Assembly: GCF_004010195.1 (NCBI RefSeq) | Contig: NW_025215297.1 | Location: forward strand, 19,147-83,146 | From: Chiloscyllium plagiosum | Lineage: Eukaryota | Direction of reading: 5' to 3' | Length of the DNA stretch: 64,000 bases | Part shown: in pieces, positions 61,830-64,000 of the stretch | Layout: each line of letters starts with the position of its first letter | Numbering within the stretch: position 1 is the first letter of the stretch | Translations under genes and position numbers: made by a program | The notes under the pieces: generated by a model | The model's database searches: none | The model's input: only the letters and a program-made list of their open reading frames with translations | What the model was told of the DNA's origin: nothing

Positions 61830-63760
61830 TTGGCTCTCAAACTCATCCAAATGAAGTAGGCTGCTTTGTCCTGGATGGTATCAAGCTTCTTGAGTGTTGC
61901 TGCAGCTGTACTCACCCAGGCAATTGAGGAGAATCCCTTCACACTCCTGACTTTGTGCATGATAGTGCACCTGGTAGATGGTAGACAGGCTTTGGGAAGC
62001 AAGGAGATGAGGTATGTGCTGCAGGATTCCTAGCATTTGCTCTTGAAGTGAGTGTTCTTATATAACTAGGTAAGGAGAGTTTCTGGTCAATGGTAACACC
62101 AGCATGTTGATAATGGGAATTGATGATGGTTGTTCTGTCCTGATTTGTAGCTTCAGCAGATTGACTCCTCATTTTTAGGTATTGTGGTGCTGCTCCTGCA
62201 TTTTCACTGAACTAGGGTTAGTCCCCAGCCTTAATGGTATTGGTAGAGGCGGGGTTATGCTGGGCTATGAGGTTACAGAATGTATTGGAGCTTGATTCTG
62301 TTGCTGCTGGTCATCAAGAGCACTCCATGGATGCCCAGACTTTAGATCTGTTTGAAATCCTTTGAAATCATTTAGCACAATCATAATATTACACAACATG
62401 ATGAAGGGTGCCCTTACTGTGAAGATGGGATTTATCTCCACAAGGATTGTACCATGAATACTTCTATTAAAACTGCGATAGATGGATGCTACTTTAGCAC
62501 ATAAATTGGTGAGGGTGAGGTCATGTCTGTTTTTCTGTCTTTTTGGATTCCTCACCACCAGCTGCAGCTATGTATTTTAGGGTTGAACCAGCTCCATCAG
62601 TAGGGCTGCTGCTGAGCCACTGTTGGTGATGAACCTTAAAATCCTCTGTTTTTCGCCCTTGCCGCCCTCGGTGCTTCCACCAAGTGGTGTTCAAATTGGA
62701 GGAGTAATGATTCATCAGTTAAGTGGGGTCAGTACATAGAGTCATAGAGATGTACAGCATGGATACAGATCCTTCGGCCCAACCCGTCCATGCCGACCAG
62801 ATATCCCAGCCTCTTAAATGTTGTAATTGTACCAGCCTCCACCACTTCCTCTGGCAGCTCATTCCATACACGTACCACCCTCTGCATGAAAACGTTGCCC
62901 CTTAGGTATCTTTTATATCTTTCCCCTCTCACCCTAAACCTATGTCCTCTAGTTCTGGACTCCCCGACCCCAGGGAAAAGACTTTGCCTATTTACTCTAT
63001 CTCTGCCCTTCATGATTTTGTAAACCTCTATAAGGTCACCCCTCAGCCTCCGACGCTCCAGGGAAAACAGCCCCAACCTGTTCAGCCTCTCCATGCAGCT
63101 CAAATCCTCCAACCCTGGCAACATCCTTGTAAATCTTTTCAAGTTTCAAGTTTCACAACATTGATAGTGAATAGGAGGTTTCCTTGCCGAACTATAAGCT
63201 GATAACATGAGACTTGACAGGGTGTAGTCAATGTGAGGACTCCCAGGACAGCTCCCATCTGACTGTATAGCTCAGTGCTGCCACCCAACCTGGATCTGTC
63301 TTGTTTATGGGACAGAACATACTGAGGGATGATACTGGTGCTTTCTGAGTTATTGTATGAGTGAGGGATGATTCCGTGAATATGACTATGTCAGGCTCTT
63401 GCTTGATTGGGCTGTGAGACAGTTCCCCCAATTTTGGCACTCACCCCTACATGTTGGTAAGGAGAATTTTGCGGCATTGAAACGGCTGAGTTTGTCACTG
63501 TCCTTTCTGATGCCTACTTCAGAAAATCTTGGGTAAGGGTGTGGCTATTTCTGGAACACAAGTCTTCAGAATTATTGTTGGAATGCTGTTCGGGCCCATA
63601 GCATCAGCAGCATCCAGTGCCTCTCAATGTTACTTCACATCATATGGAGTGAAACAAATTGATTGAAAATTGGCATCAGCAAGGCAGGGACCCTCAAGAG
63701 GAGGCCAAGCTGGATTAGCCACCCAGTACATTGGTCTGAAGATGGATGGAGCTAGTGGAA
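61830..63760 (-). mobile_element. Highly degenerate CR1/L2-group LINE with a nested young CR1 3' end (62735-63140)
   Basis: EPDIVIFTES, GVTIDQKL, LKKLDTIQDKAA; nested LERRRLRGDLIEVYK..WNELPEEVV. Confidence 0.7.
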
Positions 63761-64000
63761 TTAATAATAAAGAAATGGTGATTGTTGTGAATAAACATTT
63801 TGCCTCTATCTTCAATATACAGGATACATTAAAAATTTCTTAGTAGATATAAGTCAGGAGGCTGACGGCAAAACTCATGAGAGAAACCAGTACTGATCAA
63901 ACGGATGGATTTACAGGTTGTTGTGTCAGGGTTATAACTTCATTCCCAGGTCGTAAAGGAAGTGATTAAAGAGCTGATAGACGTATCGGTGTAAGTAACA

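Noticed and set aside
1..64000. CRISPR arrays, rRNA, tRNA genes, prokaryotic operons
   Set aside because: None seen; vertebrate DNA, and the tRNA-like boxes belong to SINE heads

Overview
Repeat-rich eukaryotic genomic DNA, almost certainly from a shark or other elasmobranch (HE1-type tRNA V-SINEs, HER1/CR1-type LINEs). The assembly is a draft with five N-gaps. Nearly all ORF-track entries are transposon fragments or noise. The host genes are short spliced exons found by reading the sequence. (1) The last five coding exons (3411-8982, +) of an intact-looking HSD17B12/HSD17B3-family short-chain dehydrogenase closest to fish hsd20b2, with YSATK active site and a C-terminal KxKxx motif. (2) An EGF-SEA-EGF membrane-mucin gene (MUC3/12/17-like; six exons, 27288-43984, +) that the ORF track misses. 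It looks pseudogenised: frameshifts, lost splice dinucleotides, lost cysteines, GSIV->GGIV. (3) Three intact exons 3-5 of an hsd20b2-like gene on the opposite strand (32144-32950), nested in the mucin intron, with no partner exons found. Transposons include two Gmr1-type Gypsy elements (integrase before RT in the more complete copy), a Tx1/L1 element fused in frame to a CR1 fragment, Rex1/Babar, and many CR1 pieces. Three Penelope-like families carry minimal hammerhead ribozymes in terminal repeats, often as inverted pairs with 13-15 bp target-site duplications. Family assignments rest on motif recognition from memory, not database searches.
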